DNA of 64,000 nt from Candidatus Latescibacterota bacterium (GTDB lineage Bacteria > Latescibacterota > UBA2968), in the NCBI GenBank assembly GCA_965222605.1, contig OZ244960.1:416001-480000 (forward strand), given 5' to 3'. The translations under genes and the position numbers were made by a program. Of the stretch, positions 49,426 through 59,148 are shown in pieces. Each line of letters opens with the position of its first letter. Position 1 is the stretch's first letter. The notes under the pieces are model-generated. The model saw only the letters and a program-made list of their open reading frames with translations, did no database searches and had not been told where the DNA came from.

Positions 49426-49962
49426 TTAGCTATCAAGTCTTGATAGCGCGACCTGCGCATAGCAGGCACTTTGTCCTGGATATTGCTCCTCGATCATTTG
49501 CCAAAATTTCCTTCTTTGTCTCTCCTTACTTTGAAGCTGGAGTAACGGCTGTAACCGATAGACAGATAGGGAATCCAGTTTTGGGTCTGAGTCATCCAGA
49601 TTGAGAATAAAATCTTTGATTTTCTCATCCAGTTTGAGCAACTGTAGAATCAAGCGGGTTTTCGTTCTCGAAATTCCCACCTGTTTTGCAAGTGCGGTTT
49701 GAGATTGAACATAGCCCTTTTCAAGCAGTTCGTGATAGTACAGGGCTTTTTTGAGATAGTTGGGTTGGTGCAGTTTTTGGATAAGTAATTGTTTTTTCTT
49801 TTTATGCCCGATTGCGATAATAGGTTTATTATTCCTGCGGATGTGATGGATGGGGAAGTGGTCCCATACGGTAAAAAGTTCAGTGAGTGGATCAGTTGGG
49901 CTACCAAAAAAATAAGGGAACCGATATTTTCGGTTCCCTTTTATTCTATCTCTCATCTCCAT
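49426..49962 (-). CDS. HTH-containing ORF spanning attR; probable C-terminal module of the island recombinase
   Basis: ALYYHELLEKGYVQSQTALAKQVGISRTKTRLILQLLKL; FGS codons are the att core. Confidence 0.65.
   Translation of the reverse strand: MEMRDRIKGNRKYRFPYFFGSPTDPLTELFTVWDHFPIHHIRRNNKPIIAIGHKKKKQLLIQKLHQPNYLKKALYYHELLEKGYVQSQTALAKQVGISRTKTRLILQLLKLDEKIKDFILNLDDSDPKLDSLSVYRLQPLLQLQSKERQRRKFWQMIEEQYPGQSACYAQVALSRLDS
49914..49943. terminator. Bidirectional terminator; probably the original tRNA-fMet terminator
   Basis: AAGGGAACCG-ATATTTT-CGGTTCCCTT, 5 bp after the second GCTACCAAA. Confidence 0.75.
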
Positions 49963-50339
49963 CAGGCATCGAGCAAGGATCGAAACGCAGCTTTGAAATT
50001 GTGTGGTGCTCTCCGCCAGAGTTGAATTCCCTCAATAATATCATCGGTTTCTGATTTGAATATCGGTTGCAACGCTTTCCTCAGTTCCGCGACCTGTATT
50101 ATTTCCTGACCGGTTTTTTGATCCGTCAACAAATCTTCGACACTTCTGCCCAACACATCTGCAATTTTTGCCAACACGGGAATTGACCCGCGCTGCTTGC
50201 CCTTTCGAATATCGCTGAAATAGGGCGCACTAATCCCAACCATTTTGGCAATTTCCTGGCCCTGTAAACCCGATTCGCGTTGCCAGCGCCGAATTTTCTC
50301 ACCTGCTATTTCTTTATTGTACAGCTCTCGCCCTGTCAT
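49962..50339 (-). CDS. XRE-family HTH regulator
   Basis: GEKIRRW...QEIAKMVGISAPYFSDIRKG...LAKIADVLG; AGGAG RBS. Confidence 0.85.
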   Translation of the reverse strand: MTGRELYNKEIAGEKIRRWQRESGLQGQEIAKMVGISAPYFSDIRKGKQRGSIPVLAKIADVLGRSVEDLLTDQKTGQEIIQVAELRKALQPIFKSETDDIIEGIQLWRRAPHNFKAAFRSLLDA

Positions 50340-51100
50340 GCATACACTCCTTTTTTCAAGTGAGAATGTTTCACCACCTCGACCAACCACGCAATGTCGT
50401 TCAGGTCGTGAAACGCTATATCCTCGGCTCCAATACCACACGCACCGAGATTGGACGCGATACTGTCTTGCGTCCACCTTGCAGACCAAAAGCCTTCGGC
50501 AGTCGCCACAAATCGCGACCCCAAAGGCGTCACAACGCGCTGTTCTGTATGCTCGTAGAAATCGACCTGTGCGGCTTCTGTTTCCGGCACATCCTTGTAC
50601 ATGGTGAGAAATGTGGAACCGCCGACTTTCAGAGCGCGATAGAAACGAGAGATCGTCCGGATAAACCGCGGATTGCGGTCGAGATAGGCGTCGCTGTACA
50701 GGCTGAGATCATCGGATTTATCCCTGATGTTGCCCGGGGTAAAATACAGACAGAAGACGAGGTCGTAAAACGCTTCCTCAACCACTGCCTCGGCGGCGTC
50801 GCCTATAAATATCTGTGCGTTGTCAATGCGTTCTTTCTCCCACAGCGCGCGTGCGTCTTCAGCCATTGCGGGCGATATTTCAAAGCCGTGATACAAAAGA
50901 CAGTGTGGTGCGAATAGCACGGCGTGATAGCCATTGCCACACCCGATATCCGCAATTTTGTATGGGCCATGCCGAAGTCGCTCGCTGAGTATCTCGTCTT
51001 GTACCTGCCGCGCCTCTCTAATCGGCTCGGGGCAATAGGACGACTCAAGCGCGCGCTTGACAGCTTCATTTTCAGATTCCAGCGATATATTGCTCACCAT
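50336..51100 (-). CDS. Class I SAM-dependent methyltransferase
   Basis: IADIGCGNG, GFEISPAM, GDA, YDLV. Confidence 0.85.
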   Translation of the reverse strand: MVSNISLESENEAVKRALESSYCPEPIREARQVQDEILSERLRHGPYKIADIGCGNGYHAVLFAPHCLLYHGFEISPAMAEDARALWEKERIDNAQIFIGDAAEAVVEEAFYDLVFCLYFTPGNIRDKSDDLSLYSDAYLDRNPRFIRTISRFYRALKVGGSTFLTMYKDVPETEAAQVDFYEHTEQRVVTPLGSRFVATAEGFWSARWTQDSIASNLGACGIGAEDIAFHDLNDIAWLVEVVKHSHLKKGVYA

Positions 51101-51112
51101 TCCCCTCACAGT

Positions 51113-51451
51113 CTAACCCGGTCTTAAATACTCACTCAACTTTCTCAATAGATGTTTGTGACGCTCTTCTGAAATGGAACCGATAGAGCCAAGCACGCCA
51201 TGACGCGGTAATACAGCGAGAAAGCTGAGTCGAATTAGGGATTTTGATTTCAGACCACTTGACTTGAAATCCACATCAGTTGGAGAAATAATTTCATCAA
51301 AATTTTCGACATACTGGTGTAGCTGCGTGCTTACACCGCAAACGAGCAGATCGTGATAGCGCGGCATTTCCCTCAGGAAAATTGCAGGTCTGTCCTTTAG
51401 TTCTCCATTAGCCTGAGGTACTGGTGTAAGAATGACGTCACCTTCCTTCAT
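51113..51451 (-). CDS. PemK/MazF-family toxin
   Basis: GDVILTPVP...KDRPA...GLKSKSLIR...IGSI. Confidence 0.85.
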   Translation of the reverse strand: MKEGDVILTPVPQANGELKDRPAIFLREMPRYHDLLVCGVSTQLHQYVENFDEIISPTDVDFKSSGLKSKSLIRLSFLAVLPRHGVLGSIGSISEERHKHLLRKLSEYLRPG

Positions 51452-51686
51452 AATTAGAATTTACCTCTTTGAGCAAGTCTGATGAATACTCAGGTTCGTT
51501 TTCTCCATAAGCGTCTTGTAGTCTTTGACTTGATAAATGCAGCCAGGATTCATGCTCATTGTCAGATTCTTGTCCTGGGAGAATCATAACAATCAGTTTC
51601 GCATTTGGTTTCAGGTCAAATGGCTCATCCAAGCAAATTTGCTCACCATCAAAATGGGCAGGCACTGCTATCATTGGCATAATCAT
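51438..51686 (-). CDS. Putative cognate antitoxin
   Basis: Small acidic ORF overlapping the toxin start; AYGENEPEYS tail. Confidence 0.7.
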   Translation of the reverse strand: MIMPMIAVPAHFDGEQICLDEPFDLKPNAKLIVMILPGQESDNEHESWLHLSSQRLQDAYGENEPEYSSDLLKEVNSNYEGR

Positions 51687-51921
51687 TTCCTCCTTAACTT
51701 TGATTTTTGCTTAGGGAATTAAATTATTCATACAGAAATCTGCTATGCAGGTCAAGTTGTAAATAACGACTATTCTATATTCCAAAACCCATACTGTATC
51801 AATTTTACAACACCTGTGCGAAAAAAACACACATACTGCCTTCTTTTTGACAAAATACGACATAATACAAAATACTATAAAATACAGGCACTTATATCAT
51901 TTCTTATTCAAAAATAATTTA

Positions 51922-51937
51922 CGGCACGAATTTTGCA
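51922..51937 (+). promoter_or_regulatory. Sigma54 promoter motif
   Basis: CGGCACGAATTTTGCA about 45 bp upstream of the ATG at 51982. Confidence 0.6.
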
Positions 51938-51981
51938 TATACGATTACCCAGCCGGGGTCACACATTTTCAGGAGGTTACC

Positions 51982-52896
51982 ATGTCATATATTCGACTGT
52001 TTTTGCTCGCCGCTCTCGTCTGCTTGCCCGTCACTGCATCATCTACACCGAACTTTGAACCCACACCCCAAAAAGCCAAAACTCAATTGTCGGGTTCAAT
52101 AACCAATGGTGTCATTGACATCAACTCCAAGGGAAAAATAAAAATCCACATCCCCGAGGGCACCCTTTCACTCCCGACCGACTCGCTCTCTACAGTGTCC
52201 AAAGGCCCATCCGGCCCCTATGCCCCTTGCATCCTCGGTAGCCCTGGGCAATCAGTTCTTGGCAATCCAGTCAGATTATCTCCCGTATATACACCGCTTC
52301 CAGACCCGATGAAAATGCTCAATCACATCGGAATTTTCTTTTCAACAGCCAGTGGCGGATTTGGATCTCGCATCAATTACGACCACAAAATATCCCCACA
52401 CACACGCTTTATGGCCAGCCCGGAATTTCTCACTTACGGCCTGTCCAGAGCCAGGGCTATTCTGGGAGACCTTATGCCCCTGGGCACAACGCGAATCACC
52501 CTGATCACCATACCCATCGGCCTCCAACGCCACTTTGCGCCCACATCGCGTATCAATCCCCATATTGGATTTGGTTTTGGCCCCATCATCCGGCTGGACC
52601 ACCGCTCACACCGACTGGGGTACTACGGGAATAATTTGGGTTTAGACAGAATAGTTCGCAATAGACAGAACAGCCTCAATCTTACGGTCCCTCTTTCCAT
52701 CGATGATTTCCCAAGTGCCTCCTTGACCCTGGGCGGCCATCTCGCTTCTGGCCTGAATATCCATTTCGGTGCGAAAAAAAATCTCGCCCTCACCATTGAA
52801 GGCCGCTACACCCTGGCTCGATTCGCCGACGCGCTCGGCTCACCCGGCGATTTCAGTGGGCTATCACTTGCTATAGGATTTGGAAAAGCGTTTTAA
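51982..52896 (+). CDS. Putative outer-membrane beta-barrel protein
   Basis: AGGAGG RBS, signal peptide, amphipathic strands (PHIGFGFG, LTIEGRY), terminal Phe. Confidence 0.65.
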   Translation: MSYIRLFLLAALVCLPVTASSTPNFEPTPQKAKTQLSGSITNGVIDINSKGKIKIHIPEGTLSLPTDSLSTVSKGPSGPYAPCILGSPGQSVLGNPVRLSPVYTPLPDPMKMLNHIGIFFSTASGGFGSRINYDHKISPHTRFMASPEFLTYGLSRARAILGDLMPLGTTRITLITIPIGLQRHFAPTSRINPHIGFGFGPIIRLDHRSHRLGYYGNNLGLDRIVRNRQNSLNLTVPLSIDDFPSASLTLGGHLASGLNIHFGAKKNLALTIEGRYTLARFADALGSPGDFSGLSLAIGFGKAF

Positions 52897-52914
52897 AAAA
52901 TCACCATATAAAAT

Positions 52915-52957
52915 CAAAAAAGGGACGCATCGAGTAAATGATGGGTCCCTTTTTTTG
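52915..52957. terminator. Bidirectional terminator
   Basis: AAAAAAGGGAC...GTCCCTTTTTTT. Confidence 0.7.
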
Positions 52958-52997
52958 TACGCACCATTGATTTTAACATATATCTACAATTCCCCTC

Positions 52998-53051
52998 TTG
53001 ACAGTACCCTATATTTAGGGCTATAATTTGAACAACATACAATATCGTGTT
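52998..53051 (+). promoter_or_regulatory. Sigma70 promoter of nrdR with two NrdR-box-like sites
   Basis: TTGACA-18-TATAAT; CCCTATATTTAGGG at 53007 and TACAATATCGTGTT at 53038 (31 bp apart). Confidence 0.75.
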
Positions 53052-53077
53052 GATTTATAGGAAAGGAGCTCTATCTT

Positions 53078-53530
53078 ATGAAATGCCCTTATTGTGGCGT
53101 AATCGAAGACAAAGTCGTTGACTCCAGATCGAGCAAAGAAGGCACAGCCATCCGACGCCGTCGAGAATGCCTGGGGTGTGAACGTCGATTTACGACCTAC
53201 GAATACATCGAAGACACTCCCCTCACCGTTATCAAATCCGATGGCCGGCGCGAAACCTTTGACAAAAACAAACTCATAGGCAAAATCCGGCTCTCCTGCA
53301 CCAAACGTCCGATCTCAACAACTCAGATCGAGGAAATTGCCGACCGAATCGAAGACCAACTCGTAAGCAGAGGCGAACGCGAAATAGAGGCCAAACAGCA
53401 CATTGGCGAACTTGTCATGACAGAACTCAAACGCCTCGACGATGTTGCCTACGTGCGCTTTGCCTCTGTGTACCGTCAATTTAAAGACCTCAGCGACTTT
53501 GAAAAAGAACTGCGGCAACTTGAAAGGTGA
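53078..53530 (+). CDS. nrdR: Transcriptional repressor NrdR
   Basis: MKCPYC...VVDSR...IRRRREC..C..RFTTYE; [10 protein letters not shown]. Confidence 0.98.
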   Translation: MKCPYCGVIEDKVVDSRSSKEGTAIRRRRECLGCERRFTTYEYIEDTPLTVIKSDGRRETFDKNKLIGKIRLSCTKRPISTTQIEEIADRIEDQLVSRGEREIEAKQHIGELVMTELKRLDDVAYVRFASVYRQFKDLSDFEKELRQLER

Positions 53531-53634
53531 GACGTAATATATCTCACACAAAGACACGAGCGGGGTACAACTGCGATAGCAGTTCAAGATACAAGACGTA
53601 AAAGAGTCTGTACTCACCTTTTACGTCTCACTTC

Positions 53635-54222
53635 TCACCTTCCTAAAAACTTCGCTTTCCCCTCATGACAAGTCTGACACGTTGCGGGCTTGCCCGTTTG
53701 AATATCCAATAAGCGATCTGTAAACCGCTCCATCATCATACGTGCAACAACCTTCTTGGGCGTGGGCGTGACGGGATCGAGACGGCCATCGCGCCTTCTC
53801 ACATGGCAATAGTCGCATGCCTTCACACCCAATGCTTTCTGCATATCTTTCATCATCGCCACAATTTCTCCGCGCGACATGCCCGCCAACCGCGAAGGTT
53901 TGGCTGCACTTGTATCGCGCACCACAAACCGCGCCGCGCCCGTGTGGCAAAAAGCACAATCGATCGATTTCCCCGCTATTGTAACCAGACCATCCACAAA
54001 ATGATGCTTCATATAAAGCGCGGTTTTCTTAAACGGAGATGGTGCTTTGTAATCGCGCTCACCTGCCTCAGTCTCAGATGGATGGCAATATTTGCATTTT
54101 ACCCCCAGAGCTTTAGAAATCGCTTCCATACCCTCTTTGCTCGTGTCCAAAATGTGGTGATCGTCCGCGTGTATATCGGCCCAAAGCAAGATAACCGCAC
54201 AGCAGAAAACAAAGCGTTTCAC
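53635..54222 (-). CDS. Tetraheme c-type cytochrome (PufC-like repeats)
   Basis: Signal peptide; CKYCH, CAFCH, CDYCH, CQTCH; M...ALGVxC pattern. Confidence 0.85.
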   Translation of the reverse strand: MKRFVFCCAVILLWADIHADDHHILDTSKEGMEAISKALGVKCKYCHPSETEAGERDYKAPSPFKKTALYMKHHFVDGLVTIAGKSIDCAFCHTGAARFVVRDTSAAKPSRLAGMSRGEIVAMMKDMQKALGVKACDYCHVRRRDGRLDPVTPTPKKVVARMMMERFTDRLLDIQTGKPATCQTCHEGKAKFLGR

Positions 54223-55577
54223 AAAGCCCCTCTCACGACTCGACCATCCACCCCACCAGGACTTTCCAGCCCCAACAAAGCCATCATCGTAGGCAAAATA
54301 TCCATCACCGTCGCGTCATCAGATACCAAACCAGGCGCATTGGTAAACCACAGCGCATCATCGAAGGTATGCGTGCCATTCACCGGACTGGATTCAAACA
54401 AAACGCGCTTTTCAAAACCGCCCTTTAAATCGTATCCCTGCGCAGGTACTGCCATAAGATCGGGTGCCGCATCGAGGTCTTCACCAGAAAACACCTCTTC
54501 GCGCATCAACACGCGATCAATGACTGGTGTCCCACCATCGGGATCTCGAATTTCCATCAGCGCATCTGCCACATCTCGCCGGACCTGCTCGTATTCAGCA
54601 CCTGCCTGCACGCAGCCCTCGCGCTCTCTGCCCTTTAGATTCACGTAAAATCGCCCAGGCAACAATGAATAACACCGCGTTCGGGGATCCAGGTCTCTCA
54701 ACTGCTTTGGTTCAGGCGATGCAAAAGACAACAACCCCATCTGTTGCAGCCAAAAATTCAAATGTACCTCGCGCTCTAAAGTGCAAAAACCGTGATCCGA
54801 CACAATCATGAGTAGCGTATCGCTGTATAACCGCGAAACCAGTTCCCCAATAATCTCATCTACGCGCGCGTAAAACCGGTTAAACCACGCAGTGTACGCC
54901 ACATCTCCTCGCGCCACATCGCCCCAGAGAAAGTGGTGTAGCCGGTCGGTATCCATAAAATGCGCCACAAATAAATCCCATGATTCCTGGGCATAATACT
55001 TGAACATAGCCTCTGCACGTCGGTTGAGTGCCCAGAAGATCTCGTCGAGAAATTTCTGGCGGTTTTTCCGCGCCTGCCAGGCGTCAATATCGATCAAATA
55101 CCCCATAGATTCCAGTTCAGACGCGATCGAAGGCGGATAGGTCGCCCGTTTCAAATCGGGTGCTAAAAATCCCGAAATCAAGATGCCATTGACTTTGCGA
55201 GGGGGAAAAGTAGTTGGCACACCCATAGAAAAAACCCGCTGCCCCATATTGCTAAACAGATCAACCCACGTCTTGCCCCGCAACGTTCTCGAAGAGGGGA
55301 TAAACATCTCATAAGTTTGGGGCACGCGGTCAATAAACCCAAAAATCCCGTGCTTGCCCGGGTTGCAACCCGTCGCAATCGATGCCCATGCAGTTGACGA
55401 TACCGTAGGGATCACAGACGTCATAGACATCAGTGATCCCTGGACGATCAACTGCTGAAAATTGGGCATAACCCCCTCGGCAATCAGATGTTGCAACAGG
55501 CTATGTGGCATGCCATCCAGGCCGAGAACAACGACTCGACTAAATTTTGTCTTGTTTCGTCGAAAAAAATTAAACAT
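54219..55577 (-). CDS. Alkaline phosphatase superfamily / type I phosphodiesterase
   Basis: VLGLDG, ATGCNPGKHGIFGF, DRLHH, SDHGF. Confidence 0.9.
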   Translation of the reverse strand: MFNFFRRNKTKFSRVVVLGLDGMPHSLLQHLIAEGVMPNFQQLIVQGSLMSMTSVIPTVSSTAWASIATGCNPGKHGIFGFIDRVPQTYEMFIPSSRTLRGKTWVDLFSNMGQRVFSMGVPTTFPPRKVNGILISGFLAPDLKRATYPPSIASELESMGYLIDIDAWQARKNRQKFLDEIFWALNRRAEAMFKYYAQESWDLFVAHFMDTDRLHHFLWGDVARGDVAYTAWFNRFYARVDEIIGELVSRLYSDTLLMIVSDHGFCTLEREVHLNFWLQQMGLLSFASPEPKQLRDLDPRTRCYSLLPGRFYVNLKGREREGCVQAGAEYEQVRRDVADALMEIRDPDGGTPVIDRVLMREEVFSGEDLDAAPDLMAVPAQGYDLKGGFEKRVLFESSPVNGTHTFDDALWFTNAPGLVSDDATVMDILPTMMALLGLESPGGVDGRVVRGAL

Positions 55578-55653
55578 CTATCCATCCTAAAATAAAACAG
55601 GGCTTTTAACCCCTTGTATATAGAAGCTAAAAGCCCAAGACATTATAAAACTG

Positions 55654-55731
55654 TGGGGTGAGTGAGGGGATTTGAACCCCCGACCTCCTGGGCCACAACC
55701 AGGCGCTCTAACCGACTGAGCTACACCCACC
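55654..55731 (-). tRNA. tRNA-His (GTG)
   Basis: Cloverleaf with TTGTGGC loop, G-1, encoded CCA. Confidence 0.95.
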
Positions 55732-55746
55732 ACACGAAACGCTAAA

Positions 55747-55820
55747 CACTCCCGGCAGGGCTCGAACCTGCGACCTACTGCTTAGAAGGCAGTTGCTCTA
55801 TCCAGCTGAGCTACGGGAGC
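55747..55820 (-). tRNA. tRNA-Arg (TCT)
   Basis: GCTCCCGTAGCTCAG...CTTCTAA...GGTTCGAG; CCA not encoded. Confidence 0.95.
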
Positions 55821-56133
55821 AAAAGACCTGCCCTTGAGGATTTTATCAAGGGTCGAACAGATATCAAATACATCCTATTTGAGAGCAAAATTATCATATT
55901 GATCAAAAAGTGTCAAGCAAAAGTAGCGTCTCTCTTCCCGGACCTTGCCCAATCTGCGACCGCAAATCCTTTGCCGATCCTTCACAGGGCCTCAGACCCG
56001 CGCAATAAGTGGCGGATTTTTACACCGCATCTTTGATTCAAATTCAAGTTTTTTTTCAACTTGACAACCATTCTTTCCCTGATGATATTTCCTTTAATAT
56101 CCGAGTATTCACTCCAAAAGTACGGGGCCGCGC

Positions 56134-56763
56134 ATGCCCAGAAAACGACTCACACAAGCCGAACGGCGCACCCAAATTACCGAAGTGGCAATGACACTCT
56201 TCGCCACCAAAGGATTTACCGGTACCACCACGCGCGCCATTGCCCGTGCAGCAGACGTTTCGGAAGCCATTATCTTCAGGCACTTTGCGACCAAAGAAGA
56301 CCTCTACAATGCCATTATCACCTACACGGTTGAAAAACGTTCAGAACAGTGGGATCAAGACACTACCCCTCCGCCAGACCCGCGCAATATCGAACACCTC
56401 TTGCGCGATTTTGCCCAGACATTTGTCACTCGCAATCGCAAAGATTCAACGTTCATACGCCTGATGATGTACAGCGCACTCGAAGATCACAAGTTCCGAG
56501 AAAAATTTTTCGCAATTTACAGCAATCCCCACATGCGATCCATTCGCCAGGCCATTCAGACCGGTGTCGATCAGGGACAGTTTTGTGAGGTCGATCCGAT
56601 TACATCGCTTCGCTCTTTCTTCTATGCACTCCTGCAATACTGCATCAGCCGTTTTGTTGCGAGAAGTGGAACCGATACGCCAGAACGCGATGACGCCATG
56701 ATTGAAAATCTCGTGACAATTTTTGTGCGCGGACTGCGAATAAACGACAATCATAAAAGCTAA
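56134..56763 (+). CDS. TetR/AcrR family regulator
   Basis: LFATKGFTGTTTRAIARAADVSEAIIFRHFATKEDL. Confidence 0.93.
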   Translation: MPRKRLTQAERRTQITEVAMTLFATKGFTGTTTRAIARAADVSEAIIFRHFATKEDLYNAIITYTVEKRSEQWDQDTTPPPDPRNIEHLLRDFAQTFVTRNRKDSTFIRLMMYSALEDHKFREKFFAIYSNPHMRSIRQAIQTGVDQGQFCEVDPITSLRSFFYALLQYCISRFVARSGTDTPERDDAMIENLVTIFVRGLRINDNHKS

Positions 56764-56770
56764 TCCTCTC

Positions 56771-58126
56771 ATGATTGATTTACGTTTTCTCGAAGAAGGC
56801 AAAGCGATCCGGGATCCTATTTGGGGCTATATCCACATACCGCCCGATTTTTTATCTCTCGTTGATGCCGAAGAATTTCAACGCCTTCGCGATATATCGC
56901 AACTCGGGCACGTTTTGCTCGTGTATCCCGGTGCCCGCCACTCGCGTTTTGAACACGCTTTGGGTGTGTTTCACATTGCGGGCCATTTCCTCAAACAATT
57001 ACTCAAAACCCAGCCTCCTCCAGATATCGATATCGATGACGTCCGCGTGCTTCTCGCGGCGAGTCTGTTGCACGACATCGGCCATTATCCCTTTTCGCAT
57101 CTGCTCGAAGAAATGCAGATGTTTTTTATTGACCATGAAACGCGGGGGCGCTACATCATTGAAGATCCGAGTACAGAAGTTCACACCGCGCTTCTCAAAG
57201 TGGGCATCGATCCCCAGCGCGTTGCAAATGTTATCGATTACCAGCAGCGCACTATCCCCGACCGCGATACGCGCCTTGCCCATATTCTCAGTGGCACGCT
57301 CGACCCCGACAAAATCGACTATCTTCTGCGCGACGCGCGCTACTGCGGTGTCCCATTTGGCGAGAGCGTGAACAGAGATCGCCTCCTATCCTCAATTACA
57401 TACCATCACGCAACGCAATGCCCGGCCATTACTTACAAAGGCGTATCTGCGACTGAAGCACTCATCTTTACCAGTTATCTGATGTATCGCAATGTCTATT
57501 GGCACCACGCAGTTCGCTCAGCCAATGCCATGTTCAAGCGCGGGATCCAGGACCTTTTGTCGCATCCCAACTGTTCGCTGACAGAAAACGACTTTGACCG
57601 CGCCACCGAATCTGACCTGCTTCATCGCCTCGAAAAAGAACACACCGAACTCGGGATTTCCTACCGAACCAGCCTGATTGGTCGTCTCAAAAGACGCAAA
57701 CTCTTCAAAGTTGCCCGCATATTCTTTCCCCATGAATACGCGAAAAACCTCATAGATTTATTTCGCCGCCTCTATGATGCGCCCGACCAGCGACGAGAAC
57801 TCGAAATGGCCTTTTGCACCCATCTTTCCTCAAAGCTCAATCTCAACCTTTGCGGCAATGAAATACTTCTCGACATTCTCCAATTTGACAAGAGTCCCGA
57901 AGTAAATCTCAAAGTCTTTTTTGACGCCCATATCCCCGTAGAAAAACCAGAACCCCTGAGCTTTGACGACCCGGAAGTCTCTTTGCTCAAAAATTATCTG
58001 CTCGACAACTTTGAAGCACAGGCCAAAGTGGTGCGTATTTTCTGCGATGATATTCCCAATTTGCGCCAGGCCGTGCGCGACGAAGCCTTCGCCTTCCTGA
58101 AAAACTGGGGAATAGTCAGAGCTTGA
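56771..58126 (+). CDS. HD-domain phosphohydrolase (dNTPase/SAMHD1-like)
   Basis: IRDPIWG, FQRLR..QLG, HSRFEH, LLHDIGH, DKIDYLLRD. Confidence 0.9.
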   Translation: MIDLRFLEEGKAIRDPIWGYIHIPPDFLSLVDAEEFQRLRDISQLGHVLLVYPGARHSRFEHALGVFHIAGHFLKQLLKTQPPPDIDIDDVRVLLAASLLHDIGHYPFSHLLEEMQMFFIDHETRGRYIIEDPSTEVHTALLKVGIDPQRVANVIDYQQRTIPDRDTRLAHILSGTLDPDKIDYLLRDARYCGVPFGESVNRDRLLSSITYHHATQCPAITYKGVSATEALIFTSYLMYRNVYWHHAVRSANAMFKRGIQDLLSHPNCSLTENDFDRATESDLLHRLEKEHTELGISYRTSLIGRLKRRKLFKVARIFFPHEYAKNLIDLFRRLYDAPDQRRELEMAFCTHLSSKLNLNLCGNEILLDILQFDKSPEVNLKVFFDAHIPVEKPEPLSFDDPEVSLLKNYLLDNFEAQAKVVRIFCDDIPNLRQAVRDEAFAFLKNWGIVRA

Positions 58127-58203
58127 TAAAATGGCCGAAAAGTTTTATATTGCTCACTTCTAAACGCAGACAAGTCATTCTCATCTTTATCTGGATGTAT
58201 TGT

Positions 58204-59130
58204 ATGAAAAAATATCTGACTTTAATGTTTATCTCCCACAATGAAGGTTATATCAAAGAGTACCATCTCTCAAAACCGAAATTTATCGGTGTTATAAGTA
58301 CATTATGCCTGCTTCTATTGCTCTCACTCGGCTATGTTGCCACAATGGGAAAGCGGGAAAGACTCGCCGAACTCAAGGCGGAAAACGCTGCACTTCAACG
58401 TGAATTTGCCTTAATTCAAGAAGAACTGGAAAACATGCGCCACAACATGGATCAGCTGCAGGAAAAAGATCGCATCATGCGCGCATGGGTTGACCTGTCA
58501 GAACCGAGTGACGAAGTGCGTCAAATAGGTGTGGGGGGCGGCGAAGCCATACCACCAGAATGGGAAAACGCCGTTTCAGACCGCGTCTCAGGCCTTCTGG
58601 CCGGTAACCGCATCAATATGGATCAACTCTTGCGAGAGGCACACTTTCTGCAAGCCAGTTTTGATACGATTTTGACAGTACTCGGCAAAGACATCCAAAT
58701 GCGTCAGCACATACCTTCAATTACCCCCGTGCGGATGGACAATCCGAGAATATCATCGGGTTTTGGCATCCGTCGCGATCCATTCACCGGACGCAGACAA
58801 TTTCACTATGGCATCGATTATCCCGGTCGCAGGGGCACGCCCATTATCGCTGCAGCCGATGGGAAAATAGATAAAATTGATTATAACAATCGTTTGGGAT
58901 GGTATGTGAGGATCAACCACGGCTATGGCCTGCAAACTCTGTATGGACACCTGAACAGAAAGCCACATGTCAAGCTCGGAACTCGCATCAAACGCGGTGA
59001 AAAAATCGGCGAGATGGGCAGAACAGGACGCTCAACAGCCCCTCATCTCCACTACTCAGTCATCAAAAATGGCAAGTCCGAAAATCCCAAACATTACATC
59101 TTCGATCAAAAAACGCGCTCTTTGTTTTAA
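58204..59130 (+). CDS. M23 family metallopeptidase
   Basis: HYGIDY, TLYGHL, GRSTAPHLHY. Confidence 0.92.
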   Translation: MKKYLTLMFISHNEGYIKEYHLSKPKFIGVISTLCLLLLLSLGYVATMGKRERLAELKAENAALQREFALIQEELENMRHNMDQLQEKDRIMRAWVDLSEPSDEVRQIGVGGGEAIPPEWENAVSDRVSGLLAGNRINMDQLLREAHFLQASFDTILTVLGKDIQMRQHIPSITPVRMDNPRISSGFGIRRDPFTGRRQFHYGIDYPGRRGTPIIAAADGKIDKIDYNNRLGWYVRINHGYGLQTLYGHLNRKPHVKLGTRIKRGEKIGEMGRTGRSTAPHLHYSVIKNGKSENPKHYIFDQKTRSLF

Positions 59131-59148
59131 CGAGTCAGAGGACAAATT

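Noticed and set aside
19460-51861. Shared 13-mer GACAAAATACGAC as an alternative island boundary
   Set aside because: Matches of this length are expected by chance in 64 kb, and there is no att context.
53635-54222. PufC-like cytochrome as evidence of photosynthesis
   Set aside because: No puf or bch genes nearby, and this heme fold also occurs in non-phototrophs.
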